DNA from: Auanema rhodensis
Lineage: Eukaryota > Animalia > Nematoda
NCBI GenBank assembly: GCA_964057225.1
Contig: CAXKVF010000097.1
Location: forward strand, 1 to 64,000
Reading direction: 5' to 3'
DNA: 64,000 nt
The translations under genes were made by a program, and so were the position numbers. Shown here in pieces: positions 33,223 through 48,200 of this stretch (position 1 is its first letter; every line of letters begins with the position of its first letter). Below the pieces are notes generated by a model. The model did no database searches. It worked only from the letters and a program-made list of their open reading frames with translations, and was not told where the DNA came from.

Positions 33223-36200
33223 TGGTTACCATGCACCAATATCAATAAAAATTTGTTTTTAGACTAATATGGACATGGGGAATCTAATTTTGAAAACCGC
33301 ATCTCTTTATCTTTCACGTGAAGCGAGTTACATACCAAGTGCACATCACGTGTACATTTAATTAGCATAAATTAAAGTTCACGTAAACTTCAAAGTCATG
33401 GTTACCATGAAGCAATATCAATAAAAATTTGTTTTTAGACTAATATGGACATGGGGAATCTAATTTTGAAAACCGCATCTCTTTATCTTTCACGTGAAGC
33501 GAGTTACATACCAAGTGCACATCACGTGTACATTTAATTAGCATAAATTAAAGTTCACGTAAATTTCAAAGTCATGGTTACCATGAACCAATATCAATAA
33601 AAATTTGTTTTTAGACTAATATGGACATGGGGAATCTAATTTTGAAAACCGCATCTCTTTATCTTTCACGTGAAGCGAGTTACATACCAAGTGCACATCA
33701 CGTGTACATTTAATTAGCATAAATTAAAGTTCACGTAAATTTCAAAGTCATGGTTACCATGCACCAATATCAATAAAAATTTGTTTTTAGACTAATATGG
33801 ACATGGGGAATCTAATTTTGAAAACCGCATCTCTTTATCTTTCACGTGAAGCGAGTTACATACCAAGTGCACATCACGTGTACATTTAATTAGCATAAAT
33901 TAAAGTTCACGTAAATTTCAAAGTCATGGTTACCATGAACCAATATCAATAAAAATTTGTTTTTAGACTAATATGGACATGGGGAATCTAATTTTGAAAA
34001 CCGCATCTCTTTATCTTTCACGTGAAGCGAGTTACATACCAAGTGCACATCACGTGTACATTTAATTAGCATAAATTAAAGTTCACGTAAATTTCAAAGT
34101 CATGGTTACCATGAACCAATATCAATAAAAATTTGTTTTTAGACTAATATGGACATGGGGAATCTAATTTTGAAAACCGCATCTCTTTATCTTTCACGTG
34201 AAGCGAGTTACATACCAAGTGCACATCACGTGTACATTTAATTAGCATAAATTAAAGTTCACGTAAATTTCAAAGTCATGGTTACCATGAACCAATATCA
34301 ATAAAAATTTGTTTTTAGACTAATATGGACATGGGGAATCTAATTTTGAAAACCGCATCTCTTTATCTTTCACGTGAAGCGAGTTACATACCAAGTGCAC
34401 ATCACGTGTACATTTAATTAGCATAAATTAAAGTTCACGTAAACTTCAAAGTCATGGTTACCATGAAGCAATATCAATAAAAATTTGTTTTTAGACTAAT
34501 ATGGACATGGGGAATCTAATTTTGAAAACCGCATCTCTTTATCTTTCACGTGAAGCGAGTTACATACCAAGTGCACATCACGTGTACATTTAATTAGCAT
34601 AAATTAAAGTTCACGTAAATTTCAAAGTCATGGTTACCATGAACCAATATCAATAAAAATTTGTTTTTAGACTAATATGGACATGGGGAATCTAATTTTG
34701 AAAACCGCATCTCTTTATCTTTCACGTGAAGCGAGTTACATACCAAGTGCACATCACGTGTACATTTAATTAGCATAAATTAAAGTTCACGTAAACTTCA
34801 AAGTCATGGTTACCATGAACCAATATCAATAAAAATTTGTTTTTAGACTAATATGGACATGGGGAATCTAATTTTGAAAACCGCATTTCTTTATCTTTCA
34901 CGTGAAGCGAGTTACATACCAAGTGCACATCACGTGTACATTTAATTAGCATAAATTAAAGTTCACGTAAATTTCAAAATCATGGTTACCATGCACCAAT
35001 ATCAATAAAAATTTGTTTTTAGACTAATATGGACATGGGGAATCTAATTTTGAAAACCGCATCTCTTTATCTTTCACGTGAAGCGAGTTACATACCAAGT
35101 GCACATCACGTGTACATTTAATTAGCATAAATTAAAGTTCACGTAAAATTCAAAGTCATGGTTACCATGCACCAATATCAATAAAAATTTGTTTTTAGAC
35201 TAATATGGACATGGGGAATCTAATTTTGAAAACCGCATCTCTTTATCTTTCACGTGAAGCGAGTTACATACCAAGTGCACATCACGTGTACATTTAATTA
35301 GCATAAATTAAAGTTCACGTAAATTTCAAAGTCATGGTTACCATGAACCAATATCAATAAAAATTTGTTTTTAGACTAATATGGACATGGGGAATCTAAT
35401 TTTGAAAATCGCATCTCTTTATCTTTCACGTGAAGCGAGTTACATACCAAGTGCACATCACGTGTACATTTAATTAGCATAAATTAAAGTTCACGTAAAT
35501 TTCAAAGTCATGGTTACCATGAACCAATATCAATAAAAATTTGTTTTTAGACTAATATGGACATGGGGAATCTAATTTTGAAAACCGCATCTCTTTATCT
35601 TTCATGTGAAGCGAGTTACATACCAAGTGCACATCACGTGTACATTTAATTAGCATAAATTAAAGTTCACGTAAATTTCAAAGTCATGGTTACCATGAAG
35701 CAATATCAATAAAAATTTGTTTTTAGACTAATATGGACATGGGGAATCTAATTTTGAAAACCGCATCTCTTTATCTTGCACGTGAAGCGAGTTACATACC
35801 AAGTGCACATCACGTGTACATTTAATTAGCATAAATTAAAGTTCACGTAAATTTCAAAGTCATGGTTACCATGAACCAATATCAATAAAAATTTGTTTTT
35901 AGACTAATATGGACATGGGGAATCTAATTTTGAAAACCGCATCTCTTTATCTTTCACGTGAAGCGAGTTACATACCAAGTGCACATCACGTGTACATTTA
36001 ATTAGCATAAATTAAAGTTCACGTAAATTTCAAAGTCATGGTTACCATGAACCAATATCAATAAAAATTTGTTTTTAGACTAATATGGACATGGGGAATC
36101 TAATTTTGAAAACCGCATTTCTTTATCTTTCACGTGAAGCGAGTTACATACCAAGTGCACATCACGTGTACATTTAATTAGCATAAATTAAAGTTCACGT

Positions 36201-39200
36201 AAATTTCAAAGTCATGGTTACCATGCACCAATATCAATAAAAATTTGTTTTTAGACTAATATGGACATGGGGAATCTAATTTTGAAAACCGCATCTCTTT
36301 ATCTTTCACGTGAAGCGAGTTACATACCAAGTGCACATCACGTGTACATTTAATTAGCATAAATTAAAGTTCACGTAAATTTCAAAGTCATGGTTACCAT
36401 GAAGCAATATCAATAAAAATTTGTTTTTAGACTAATATGGACATGGGGAATCTAATTTTGAAAACCGCATCTCTTTATCTTTCACGTGAAGCGAGTTACA
36501 TACCAAGTGCACATCACGTGTACATTTAATTAGCATAAATTAAAGTTCACGTAAATTTCAAAGTCATGGTTACCATGAACCAATATCAATAAAAATTTGT
36601 TTTTAGACTAATATGGACATGGGGAATCTAATTTTGAAAACCGCATCTCTTTATCTTTCACGTGAAGCGAGTTACATACCAAGTGCACATCACGTGTACA
36701 TTTAATTAGCATAAATTAAAGTTCACGTAAACTTCAAAGTCATGGTTACCATGAAGCAATATCAATAAAAATTTGTTTTTAGACTAATATGGACATGGGG
36801 AATCTAATTTTGAAAACCGCATCTCTTGATCTTTCACGTGAAGCGAGTTACATACCAAGTGCACATCACGTGTACATTTAATTAGCATAAATTAAAGTTC
36901 ACGTAAATTTCAAAGTCATGGTTACCATGAACCAATATCAATAAAAATTTGTTTTTAGACTAATATGGACATGGGGAATCTAATTTTGAAAACCGCATCT
37001 CTTTATCTTTCACGTGAAGCGAGTTACATACCAAGTGCACATCACGTGTACATTTAATTAGCATAAATTAAAGTTCACGTAAATTTCAAAGTCATGGTTA
37101 CCATGCACCAATATCAATAAAAATTTGTTTTTAGACTAATATGGACATGGGGAATCTAATTTTGAAAACCGCATCTCTTTATCTTTCACGTGAAGCGAGT
37201 TACATACCAAGTGCACATCACGTGTACATTTAATTAGCATAAATTAAAGTTCACGTAAATTTCAAAGTCATGGTTACCATGAACCAATATCAATAAAAAT
37301 TTGTTTTTAGACTAATATGGACATGGGGAATCTAATTTTGAAAACCGCATCTCTTTATCTTTCACGTGAAGCGAGTTACATACCAAGTGCACATCACGTG
37401 TACATTTAATTAGCATAAATTAAAGTTCACGTAAATTTCAAAGTCATGGTTACCATGAACCAATATCAATAAAAATTTGTTTTTAGACTAATATGGACAT
37501 GGGGAATCTAATTTTGAAAACCGCATCTCTTTATCTTTCACGTGAAGCGAGTTACATACCAAGTGCACATCACGTGTACATTTAATTAGCATGAATTAAA
37601 GTTCACGTAAATTTCAAAGTCATGGTTACCATGAACCAATATCAATAAAAATTTGTTTTTAGACTAATATGGACATGGGGAATCTAATTTTGAAAACCGC
37701 TTCTCTTTATCTTTCACGTGAAGCGAGTTACATACCAAGTGCACATCACGTGTACATTTAATTAGCATAAATTAAAGTTCACGTAAATTTCAAAGTCATG
37801 GTTACCATGAACCAATATCAATAAAAATTTGTTTTTAGACTAATATGGACATGGGGAATCTAATTTTGAAAACCGCATTTCTTTATCTTTCACGTGAAGC
37901 GAGTTACATACCAAGTGCACATCACGTGTACATTTAATTAGCATAAATTAAAGTTCACGTAAATTTCAAAATCATGGTTACCATGCACCAATATCAATAA
38001 AAATTTGTTTTTAGACTAATATGGACATGGGGAATCTAATTTTGAAAACCGCATCTCTTTATCTTTCACGTGAAGCGAGTTACATACCAAGTGCACATCA
38101 CGTGTACATTTAATTAGCATAAATTAAAGTTCACGTAAATTTCAAAGTCATGGTTACCATGAACCAATATCAATAAAAATTTGTTTTTAGACTAATATGG
38201 ACATGGGGAATCTAATTTTGAAAACCGCATTTCTTTATCTTTCACGTGAAGCGAGTTACATACCAAGTGCACATCACGTGTACATTTAATTAGCATAAAT
38301 TAAAGTTCACGTAAATTTCAAAGTCATGGTTACCATGCACCAATATCAATAAAAATTTCTTTTTAGACTAATATGGACATGGGGAATCTAATTTTGAAAA
38401 CCGCATCTCTTTATCTTTCACGTGAAGCGAGTTACATACCAAGTGCACATCACGTGTACATTTAATTAGCATAAATTAAAGTTCACGTAAATTTCAAAGT
38501 CATGGTTACCATGAACCAATATCAATAAAAATTTGTTTTTAGACTAATATGGACATGGGGAATCTAATTTTGAAAACCGCATCTCTTTATCTTTCACGTG
38601 AAGCGAGTTACATACCAAGTGCACATCACGTGTACATTTAATTAGCATAAATTAAAGTTCACGTAAATTTCAAAGTCATGGTTACCATGAAGCAATATCA
38701 ATAAAAATTTGTTTTTAGACTAATATGGACATGGGGAATCTAATTTTGAAAACCGCATCTCTTTATCTTTCACGTGAAGCGAGTTACATACCAAGTGCAC
38801 ATCACGTGTACATTTAATTAGCATAAATTAAAGTTCACGTAAATTTCAAAGTCATGGTTACCATGAACCAATATCAATAAAAATTTGTTTTTAGACTAAT
38901 ATGGACATGGGGAATCTAATTTTGAAAACCGCATCTCTTTATCTTTCACGTGAAGCGAGTTACATACCAAGTGCACATCACGTGTACATTTAATTAGCAT
39001 AAATTAAAGTTCACGTAAAATTCAAAGTCATGGTTACCATGCACCAATATCAATAAAAATTTGTTTTTAGACTAATATGGACATGGGGAATCTAATTTTG
39101 AAAACCGCATCTCTTTATCTTTCACGTGAAGCGAGTTACATACCAAGTGCACATCACGTGTACATTTAATTAGCATAAATTAAAGTTCACGTAAATTTCA

Positions 39201-42200
39201 AAGTCATGGTTACCATGAACCAATATCAATAAAAATTTGTTTTTAGACTAATATGGACATGGGGAATCTAATTTTGAAAATCGCATCTCTTTATCTTTCA
39301 CGTGAAGCGAGTTACATACCAAGTGCACATCACGTGTACATTTAATTAGCATAAATTAAAGTTCACGTAAATTTCAAAGTCATGGTTACCATGAACCAAT
39401 ATCAATAAAAATTTGTTTTTAGACTAATATGGACATGGGGAATCTAATTTTGAAAACCGCATCTCTTTATCTTTCATGTGAAGCGAGTTACATACCAAGT
39501 GCACATCACGTGTACATTTAATTAGCATAAATTAAAGTTCACGTAAATTTCAAAGTCATGGTTACCATGAAGCAATATCAATAAAAATTTGTTTTTAGAC
39601 TAATATGGACATGGGGAATCTAATTTTGAAAACCGCATCTCTTTATCTTGCACGTGAAGCGAGTTACATACCAAGTGCACATCACGTGTACATTTAATTA
39701 GCATAAATTAAAGTTCACGTAAATTTCAAAGTCATGGTTACCATGAACCAATATCAATAAAAATTTGTTTTTAGACTAATATGGACATGGGGAATCTAAT
39801 TTTGAAAACCGCATCTCTTTATCTTTCACGTGAAGCGAGTTACATACCAAGTGCACATCACGTGTACATTTAATTAGCATAAATTAAAGTTCACGTAAAT
39901 TTCAAAGTCATGGTTACCATGAACCAATATCAATAAAAATTTGTTTTTAGACTAATATGGACATGGGGAATCTAATTTTGAAAACCGCATTTCTTTATCT
40001 TTCACGTGAAGCGAGTTACATACCAAGTGCACATCACGTGTACATTTAATTAGCATAAATTAAAGTTCACGTAAATTTCAAAGTCATGGTTACCATGCAC
40101 CAATATCAATAAAAATTTGTTTTTAGACTAATATGGACATGGGGAATCTAATTTTGAAAACCGCATCTCTTTATCTTTCACGTGAAGCGAGTTACATACC
40201 AAGTGCACATCACGTGTACATTTAATTAGCATAAATTAAAGTTCACGTAAATTTCAAAGTCATGGTTACCATGAACCAATATCAATAAAAATTTGTTTTT
40301 AGACTAATATGGACATGGGGAATCTAATTTTGAAAACCGCATCTCTTTATCTTTCACGTGAAGCGAGTTACATACCAAGTGCACATCACGTGTACATTTA
40401 ATTAGCATAAATTAAAGTTCACGTAAATTTCAAAGTCATGGTTACCATGAACCAATATCAATAAAAATTTGTTTTTAGACTAATATGGACATGGGGAATC
40501 TAATTTTGAAAACCGCATCTCTTTATCTTTCACGTGAAGCGAGTTACATTCCAAGTGCACATCACGTGTACATTTAATTAGCATAAATTAAAGTTCACGT
40601 AAACTTCAAAGTCATGGTTACCATGAAGCAATATCAATAAAAATTTGTTTTTAGACTAATATGGACATGGGGAATCTAATTTTGAAAACCGCATCTCTTT
40701 ATCTTTCACGTGAAGCGAGTTACATACCAAGTGCACATCACGTGTACATTTAATTAGCATAAATTAAAGTTCACGTAAATTTCAAAGTCATGGTTACCAT
40801 GAACCAATATCAATAAAAATTTGTTTTTAGACTAATATGGACATGAGGAATCTAATTTTGAGAACCGCATCTCTTTATCTTTCACGTGAAGCGAGTTACA
40901 TACCAAGTGCACATCACGTGTACATTTAATTAGCATAAATTAAAGTTCACGTAAATTTCAAAGTCATGGTTACCATGCACCAATATCAATAAAAATTTGT
41001 TTTTAGACTAATATGGACATGGGGAATCTAATTTTGAAAACCGCATCTCTTTATCTTTCACGTGAAGCGAGTTACATACCAAGTGCACATCACGTGTACA
41101 TTTAATTAGCATAAATTAAAGTTCACGTAAATTTCAAAGTCATGGTTACCATGAACCAATATCAATAAAAATTTGTTTTTAGACTAATATGGACATGGGG
41201 AATCTAATTTTGAAAACCGCATCTCTTTATCTTTCACGTGAAGCGAGTTACATTCCAAGTGCACATCACGTGTACATTTAATTAGCATAAATTAAAGTTC
41301 ACGTAAATTTCAAAGTCATGGTTACCATGAACCAATATCAATAAAAATTTGTTTTTAGACTAATATGGACATGGGGAATCTAATTTTGAAAACCGCATCT
41401 CTTTATCTTTCACGTGAAGCGAGTTACATACCAAGTGCACATCACGTGTACATTTAATTAGCATAAATTAAAGTTCACGTAAATTTCAAAGTCATGGTTA
41501 CCATGAAGCAATATCAATAAAAATTTGTTTTTAGACTAATATGGACATGGGGAATCTAATTTTGAAAACCGCATCTCTTTATCTTTCACGTGAAGCGAGT
41601 TACATACCAAGTGCACATCACGTGTACATTTAATTAGCATAAATTAAAGTTCACGTAAATTTCAAAGTCATGGTTACCATGCACCAATATCAATAAAAAT
41701 TTGTTTTTAGACTAATATGGACATGGGGAATCTAATTTTGAAAACCGCATCTCTTTATCTTTCACGTGAAGCGAGTTACATACCAAGTGCACATCACGTG
41801 TACATTTAATTAGCATAAATTAAAGTTCACGTAAATTTCAAAGTCATGGTTACCATGAACCAATATCAATAAAAATTTGTTTTTAGACTAATATGGACAT
41901 GGGGAATCTAATTTTGAAAACCGCATCTCTTTATCTTTCACGTGAAGCGAGTTACATACCAAGTGCACATCACGTGTACATTTAATTAGCATAAATTAAA
42001 GTTCACGTAAATTTCAAAGTCATGGTTACCATGAAGCAATATCAATAAAAATTTGTTTTTAGACTAATATGGACATGGGGAATCTAATTTTGAAAACCGC
42101 ATCTCTTTATCTTGCACGTGAAGCGAGTTACATACCAAGTGCACATCACGTGTACATTTAATTAGCATAAATTAAAGTTCACGTAAATTTCAAAGTCATG

Positions 42201-45200
42201 GTTACCATGAACCAATATCAATAAAAATTTGTTTTTAGACTAATATGGACATGGGGAATCTAATTTTGAAAACCGCATCTCTTTATCTTTCACGTGAAGC
42301 GAGTTACATACCAAGTGCACATCACGTGTACATTTAATTAGCATAAATTAAAGTTCACGTAAATTTCAAAGTCATGGTTACCATGAACCAATATCAATAA
42401 AAATTTGTTTTTAGACTAATATGGACATGGGGAATCTAATTTTGAAAACCGCATTTCTTTATCTTTCACGTGAAGCGAGTTACATACCAAGTGCACATCA
42501 CGTGTACATTTAATTAGCATAAATTAAAGTTCACGTAAATTTCAAAGTCATGGTTACCATGCACCAATATCAATAAAAATTTGTTTTTAGACTAATATGG
42601 ACATGGGGAATCTAATTTTGAAAACCGCATCTCTTTATCTTTCACGTGAAGCGAGTTACATACCAAGTGCACATCACGTGTACATTTAATTAGCATAAAT
42701 TAAAGTTCACGTAAATTTCAAAGTCATGGTTACCATGAACCAATATCAATAAAAATTTGTTTTTAGACTAATATGGACATGGGGAATCTAATTTTGAAAA
42801 CCGCATCTCTTTATCTTTCACGTGAAGCGAGTTACATACCAAGTGCACATCACGTGTACATTTAATTAGCATAAATTAAAGTTCACGTAAATTTCAAAGT
42901 CATGGTTACCATGAACCAATATCAATAAAAATTTGTTTTTAGACTAATATGGACATGGGGAATCTAATTTTGAAAACCGCATCTCTTTATCTTTCACGTG
43001 AAGCGAGTTACATTCCAAGTGCACATCACGTGTACATTTAATTAGCATAAATTAAAGTTCACGTAAACTTCAAAGTCATGGTTACCATGAAGCAATATCA
43101 ATAAAAATTTGTTTTTAGACTAATATGGACATGGGGAATCTAATTTTGAAAACCGCATCTCTTTATCTTTCACGTGAAGCGAGTTACATACCAAGTGCAC
43201 ATCACGTGTACATTTAATTAGCATAAATTAAAGTTCACGTAAATTTCAAAGTCATGGTTACCATGAACCAATATCAATAAAAATTTGTTTTTAGACTAAT
43301 ATGGACATGAGGAATCTAATTTTGAGAACCGCATCTCTTTATCTTTCACGTGAAGCGAGTTACATACCAAGTGCACATCACGTGTACATTTAATTAGCAT
43401 AAATTAAAGTTCACGTAAATTTCAAAGTCATGGTTACCATGCACCAATATCAATAAAAATTTGTTTTTAGACTAATATGGACATGGGGAATCTAATTTTG
43501 AAAACCGCATCTCTTTATCTTTCACGTGAAGCGAGTTACATACCAAGTGCACATCACGTGTACATTTAATTAGCATAAATTAAAGTTCACGTAAATTTCA
43601 AAGTCATGGTTACCATGAACCAATATCAATAAAAATTTGTTTTTAGACTAATATGGACATGGGGAATCTAATTTTGAAAACCGCATCTCTTTATCTTTCA
43701 CGTGAAGCGAGTTACATTCCAAGTGCACATCACGTGTACATTTAATTAGCATAAATTAAAGTTCACGTAAATTTCAAAGTCATGGTTACCATGAACCAAT
43801 ATCAATAAAAATTTGTTTTTAGACTAATATGGACATGGGGAATCTAATTTTGAAAACCGCATCTCTTTATCTTTCACGTGAAGCGAGTTACATACCAAGT
43901 GCACATCACGTGTACATTTAATTAGCATAAATTAAAGTTCACGTAAATTTCAAAGTCATGGTTACCATGAAGCAATATCAATAAAAATTTGTTTTTAGAC
44001 TAATATGGACATGGGGAATCTAATTTTGAAAACCGCATCTCTTTATCTTTCACGTGAAGCGAGTTACATACCAAGTGCACATCACGTGTACATTTAATTA
44101 GCATAAATTAAAGTTCACGTAAATTTCAAAGTCATGGTTACCATGCACCAATATCAATAAAAATTTGTTTTTAGACTAATATGGACATGGGGAATCTAAT
44201 TTTGAAAACCGCATCTCTTTATCTTTTACGTGAAGCGAGTTACATACCAAGTGCACATCACGTGTACATTTAATTAGCATAAATTAAAGTTCACGTAAAT
44301 TTCAAAGTCATGGTTACCATGAACCAATATCAATAAAAATTTGTTTTTAGACTAATATGGACATGGGGAATCTAATTTTGAAAACCGCATCTCTTTATCT
44401 TTCACGTGAAGCGAGTTACATACCAAGTGCACATCACGTGTACATTTAATTAGCATAAATTAAAGTTCACGTAAATTTCAAAGTCATGGTTACCATGAAG
44501 CAATATCAATAAAAATTTGTTTTTAGACTAATATGGACATGGGGAATCTAATTTTGAAAACCGCATCTCTTTATCTTTCACGTGAAGCGAGTTACATACC
44601 AAGTGCACATCACGTGTACATTTAATTAGCATAAATTAAAGTTCACGTAAACTTCAAAGTCATGGTTACCATGAAGCAATATCAATAAAAATTTGTTTTT
44701 AGACTAATATGGACATGGGGAATCTAATTTTGAAAACCGCATCTCTTTATCTTTCACGTGAAGCGAGTTACATACCAAGTGCACATCACGTGTACATTTA
44801 ATTAGCATAAATTAAAGTTCACGTAAATTTCAAAGTCATGGTTACCATGAACCAATATCAATAAAAATTTGTTTTTAGACTAATATGGACATGAGGAATC
44901 TAATTTTGAGAACCGCATCTCTTTATCTTTCACGTGAAGCGAGTTACATACCAAGTGCACATCACGTGTACATTTAATTAGCATAAATTAAAGTTCACGT
45001 AAATTTCAAAGTCATGGTTACCATGCACCAATATCAATAAAAATTTGTTTTTAGACTAATATGGACATGGGGAATCTAATTTTGAAAACCGCATCTCTTT
45101 ATCTTTCACGTGAAGCGAGTTACATACCAAGTGCACATCACGTGTACATTTAATTAGCATAAATTAAAGTTCACGTAAATTTCAAAGTCATGGTTACCAT

Positions 45201-48200
45201 GAACCAATATCAATAAAAATTTGTTTTTAGACTAATATGGACATGGGGAATCTAATTTTGAAAACCGCATCTCTTTATCTTTCACGTGAAGCGAGTTACA
45301 TTCCAAGTGCACATCACGTGTACATTTAATTAGCATAAATTAAAGTTCACGTACATTTCAAAGTCATGGTTACCATGAACCAATATCAATAAAAATTTGT
45401 TTTTAGACTAATATGGACATGGGGAATCTAATTTTGAAAACCGCATCTCTTTATCTTTCACGTGAAGCGAGTTACATACCAAGTGCACATCACGTGTACA
45501 TTTAATTAGCATAAATTAAAGTTCACGTAAATTTCAAAGTCATGGTTACCATGAAGCAATATCAATAAAAATTTGTTTTTAGACTAATATGGACATGGGG
45601 AATCTAATTTTGAAAACCGCATCTCTTTATCTTTCACGTGAAGCGAGTTACATACCAAGTGCACATCACGTGTACATTTAATTAGCATAAATTAAAGTTC
45701 ACGTAAATTTCAAAGTCATGGTTACCATGCACCAATATCAATAAAAATTTGTTTTTAGACTAATATGGACATGGGGAATCTAATTTTGAAAACCGCATCT
45801 CTTTATCTTTCACGTGAAGCGAGTTACATACCAAGTGCACATCACGTGTACATTTAATTAGCATAAATTAAAGTTCACGTAAATTTCAAAGTCATGGTTA
45901 CCATGAACCAATATCAATAAAAATTTGTTTTTAGACTAATATGGACATGGGGAATCTAATTTTGAAAACCGCATCTCTTTATCTTTCACGTGAAGCGAGT
46001 TACATACCAAGTGCACATCACGTGTACATTTAATTAGCATAAATTAAAGTTCACGTAAATTTCAAAGTCATGGTTACCATGAAGCAATATCAATAAAAAT
46101 TTGTTTTTAGACTAATATGGACATGGGGAATCTAATTTTGAAAACCGCATCTCTTTATCTTGCACGTGAAGCGAGTTACATACCAAGTGCACATCACGTG
46201 TACATTTAATTAGCATAAATTAAAGTTCACGTAAATTTCAAAGTCATGGTTACCATGAACCAATATCAATAAAAATTTGTTTTTAGACTAATATGGACAT
46301 GGGGAATCTAATTTTGAAAACCGCATCTCTTTATCTTTCACGTGAAGCGAGTTACATACCAAGTGCACATCACGTGTACATTTAATTAGCATAAATTAAA
46401 GTTCACGTAAATTTCAAAGTCATGGTTACCATGAACCAATATCAATAAAAATTTGTTTTTAGACTAATATGGACATGGGGAATCTAATTTTGAAAACCGC
46501 ATTTCTTTATCTTTCACGTGAAGCGAGTTACATACCAAGTGCACATCACGTGTACATTTAATTAGCATAAATTAAAGTTCACGTAAATTTCAAAGTCATG
46601 GTTACCATGCACCAATATCAATAAAAATTTGTTTTTAGACTAATATGGACATGGGGAATCTAATTTTGAAAACCGCATCTCTTTATCTTTCACGTGAAGC
46701 GAGTTACATACCAAGTGCACATCACGTGTACATTTAATTAGCATAAATTAAAGTTCACGTAAATTTCAAAGTCATGGTTACCATGAACCAATATCAATAA
46801 AAATTTGTTTTTAGACTAATATGGACATGGGGAATCTAATTTTGAAAACCGCATCTCTTTATCTTTCACGTGAAGCGAGTTACATACCAAGTGCACATCA
46901 CGTGTACATTTAATTAGCATAAATTAAAGTTCACGTAAATTTCAAAGTCATGGTTACCATGAACCAATATCAATAAAAATTTGTTTTTAGACTAATATGG
47001 ACATGGGGAATCTAATTTTGAAAACCGCATCTCTTTATCTTTCACGTGAAGCGAGTTACATTCCAAGTGCACATCACGTGTACATTTAATTAGCATAAAT
47101 TAAAGTTCACGTAAACTTCAAAGTCATGGTTACCATGAAGCAATATCAATAAAAATTTGTTTTTAGACTAATATGGACATGGGGAATCTAATTTTGAAAA
47201 CCGCATCTCTTTATCTTTCACGTGAAGCGAGTTACATACCAAGTGCACATCACGTGTACATTTAATTAGCATAAATTAAAGTTCACGTAAATTTCAAAGT
47301 CATGGTTACCATGAACCAATATCAATAAAAATTTGTTTTTAGACTAATATGGACATGAGGAATCTAATTTTGAGAACCGCATCTCTTTATCTTTCACGTG
47401 AAGCGAGTTACATACCAAGTGCACATCACGTGTACATTTAATTAGCATAAATTAAAGTTCACGTAAATTTCAAAGTCATGGTTACCATGCACCAATATCA
47501 ATAAAAATTTGTTTTTAGACTAATATGGACATGGGGAATCTAATTTTGAAAACCGCATCTCTTTATCTTTCACGTGAAGCGAGTTACATACCAAGTGCAC
47601 ATCACGTGTACATTTAATTAGCATAAATTAAAGTTCACGTAAATTTCAAAGTCATGGTTACCATGAACCAATATCAATAAAAATTTGTTTTTAGACTAAT
47701 ATGGACATGGGGAATCTAATTTTGAAAACCGCATCTCTTTATCTTTCACGTGAAGCGAGTTACATTCCAAGTGCACATCACGTGTACATTTAATTAGCAT
47801 AAATTAAAGTTCACGTAAATTTCAAAGTCATGGTTACCATGAACCAATATCAATAAAAATTTGTTTTTAGACTAATATGGACATGGGGAATCTAATTTTG
47901 AAAACCGCATCTCTTTATCTTTCACGTGAAGCGAGTTACATACCAAGTGCACATCACGTGTACATTTAATTAGCATAAATTAAAGTTCACGTAAATTTCA
48001 AAGTCATGGTTACCATGAAGCAATATCAATAAAAATTTGTTTTTAGACTAATATGGACATGGGGAATCTAATTTTGAAAACCGCATCTCTTTATCTTTCA
48101 CGTGAAGCGAGTTACATACCAAGTGCACATCACGTGTACATTTAATTAGCATAAATTAAAGTTCACGTAAATTTCAAAGTCATGGTTACCATGCACCAAT

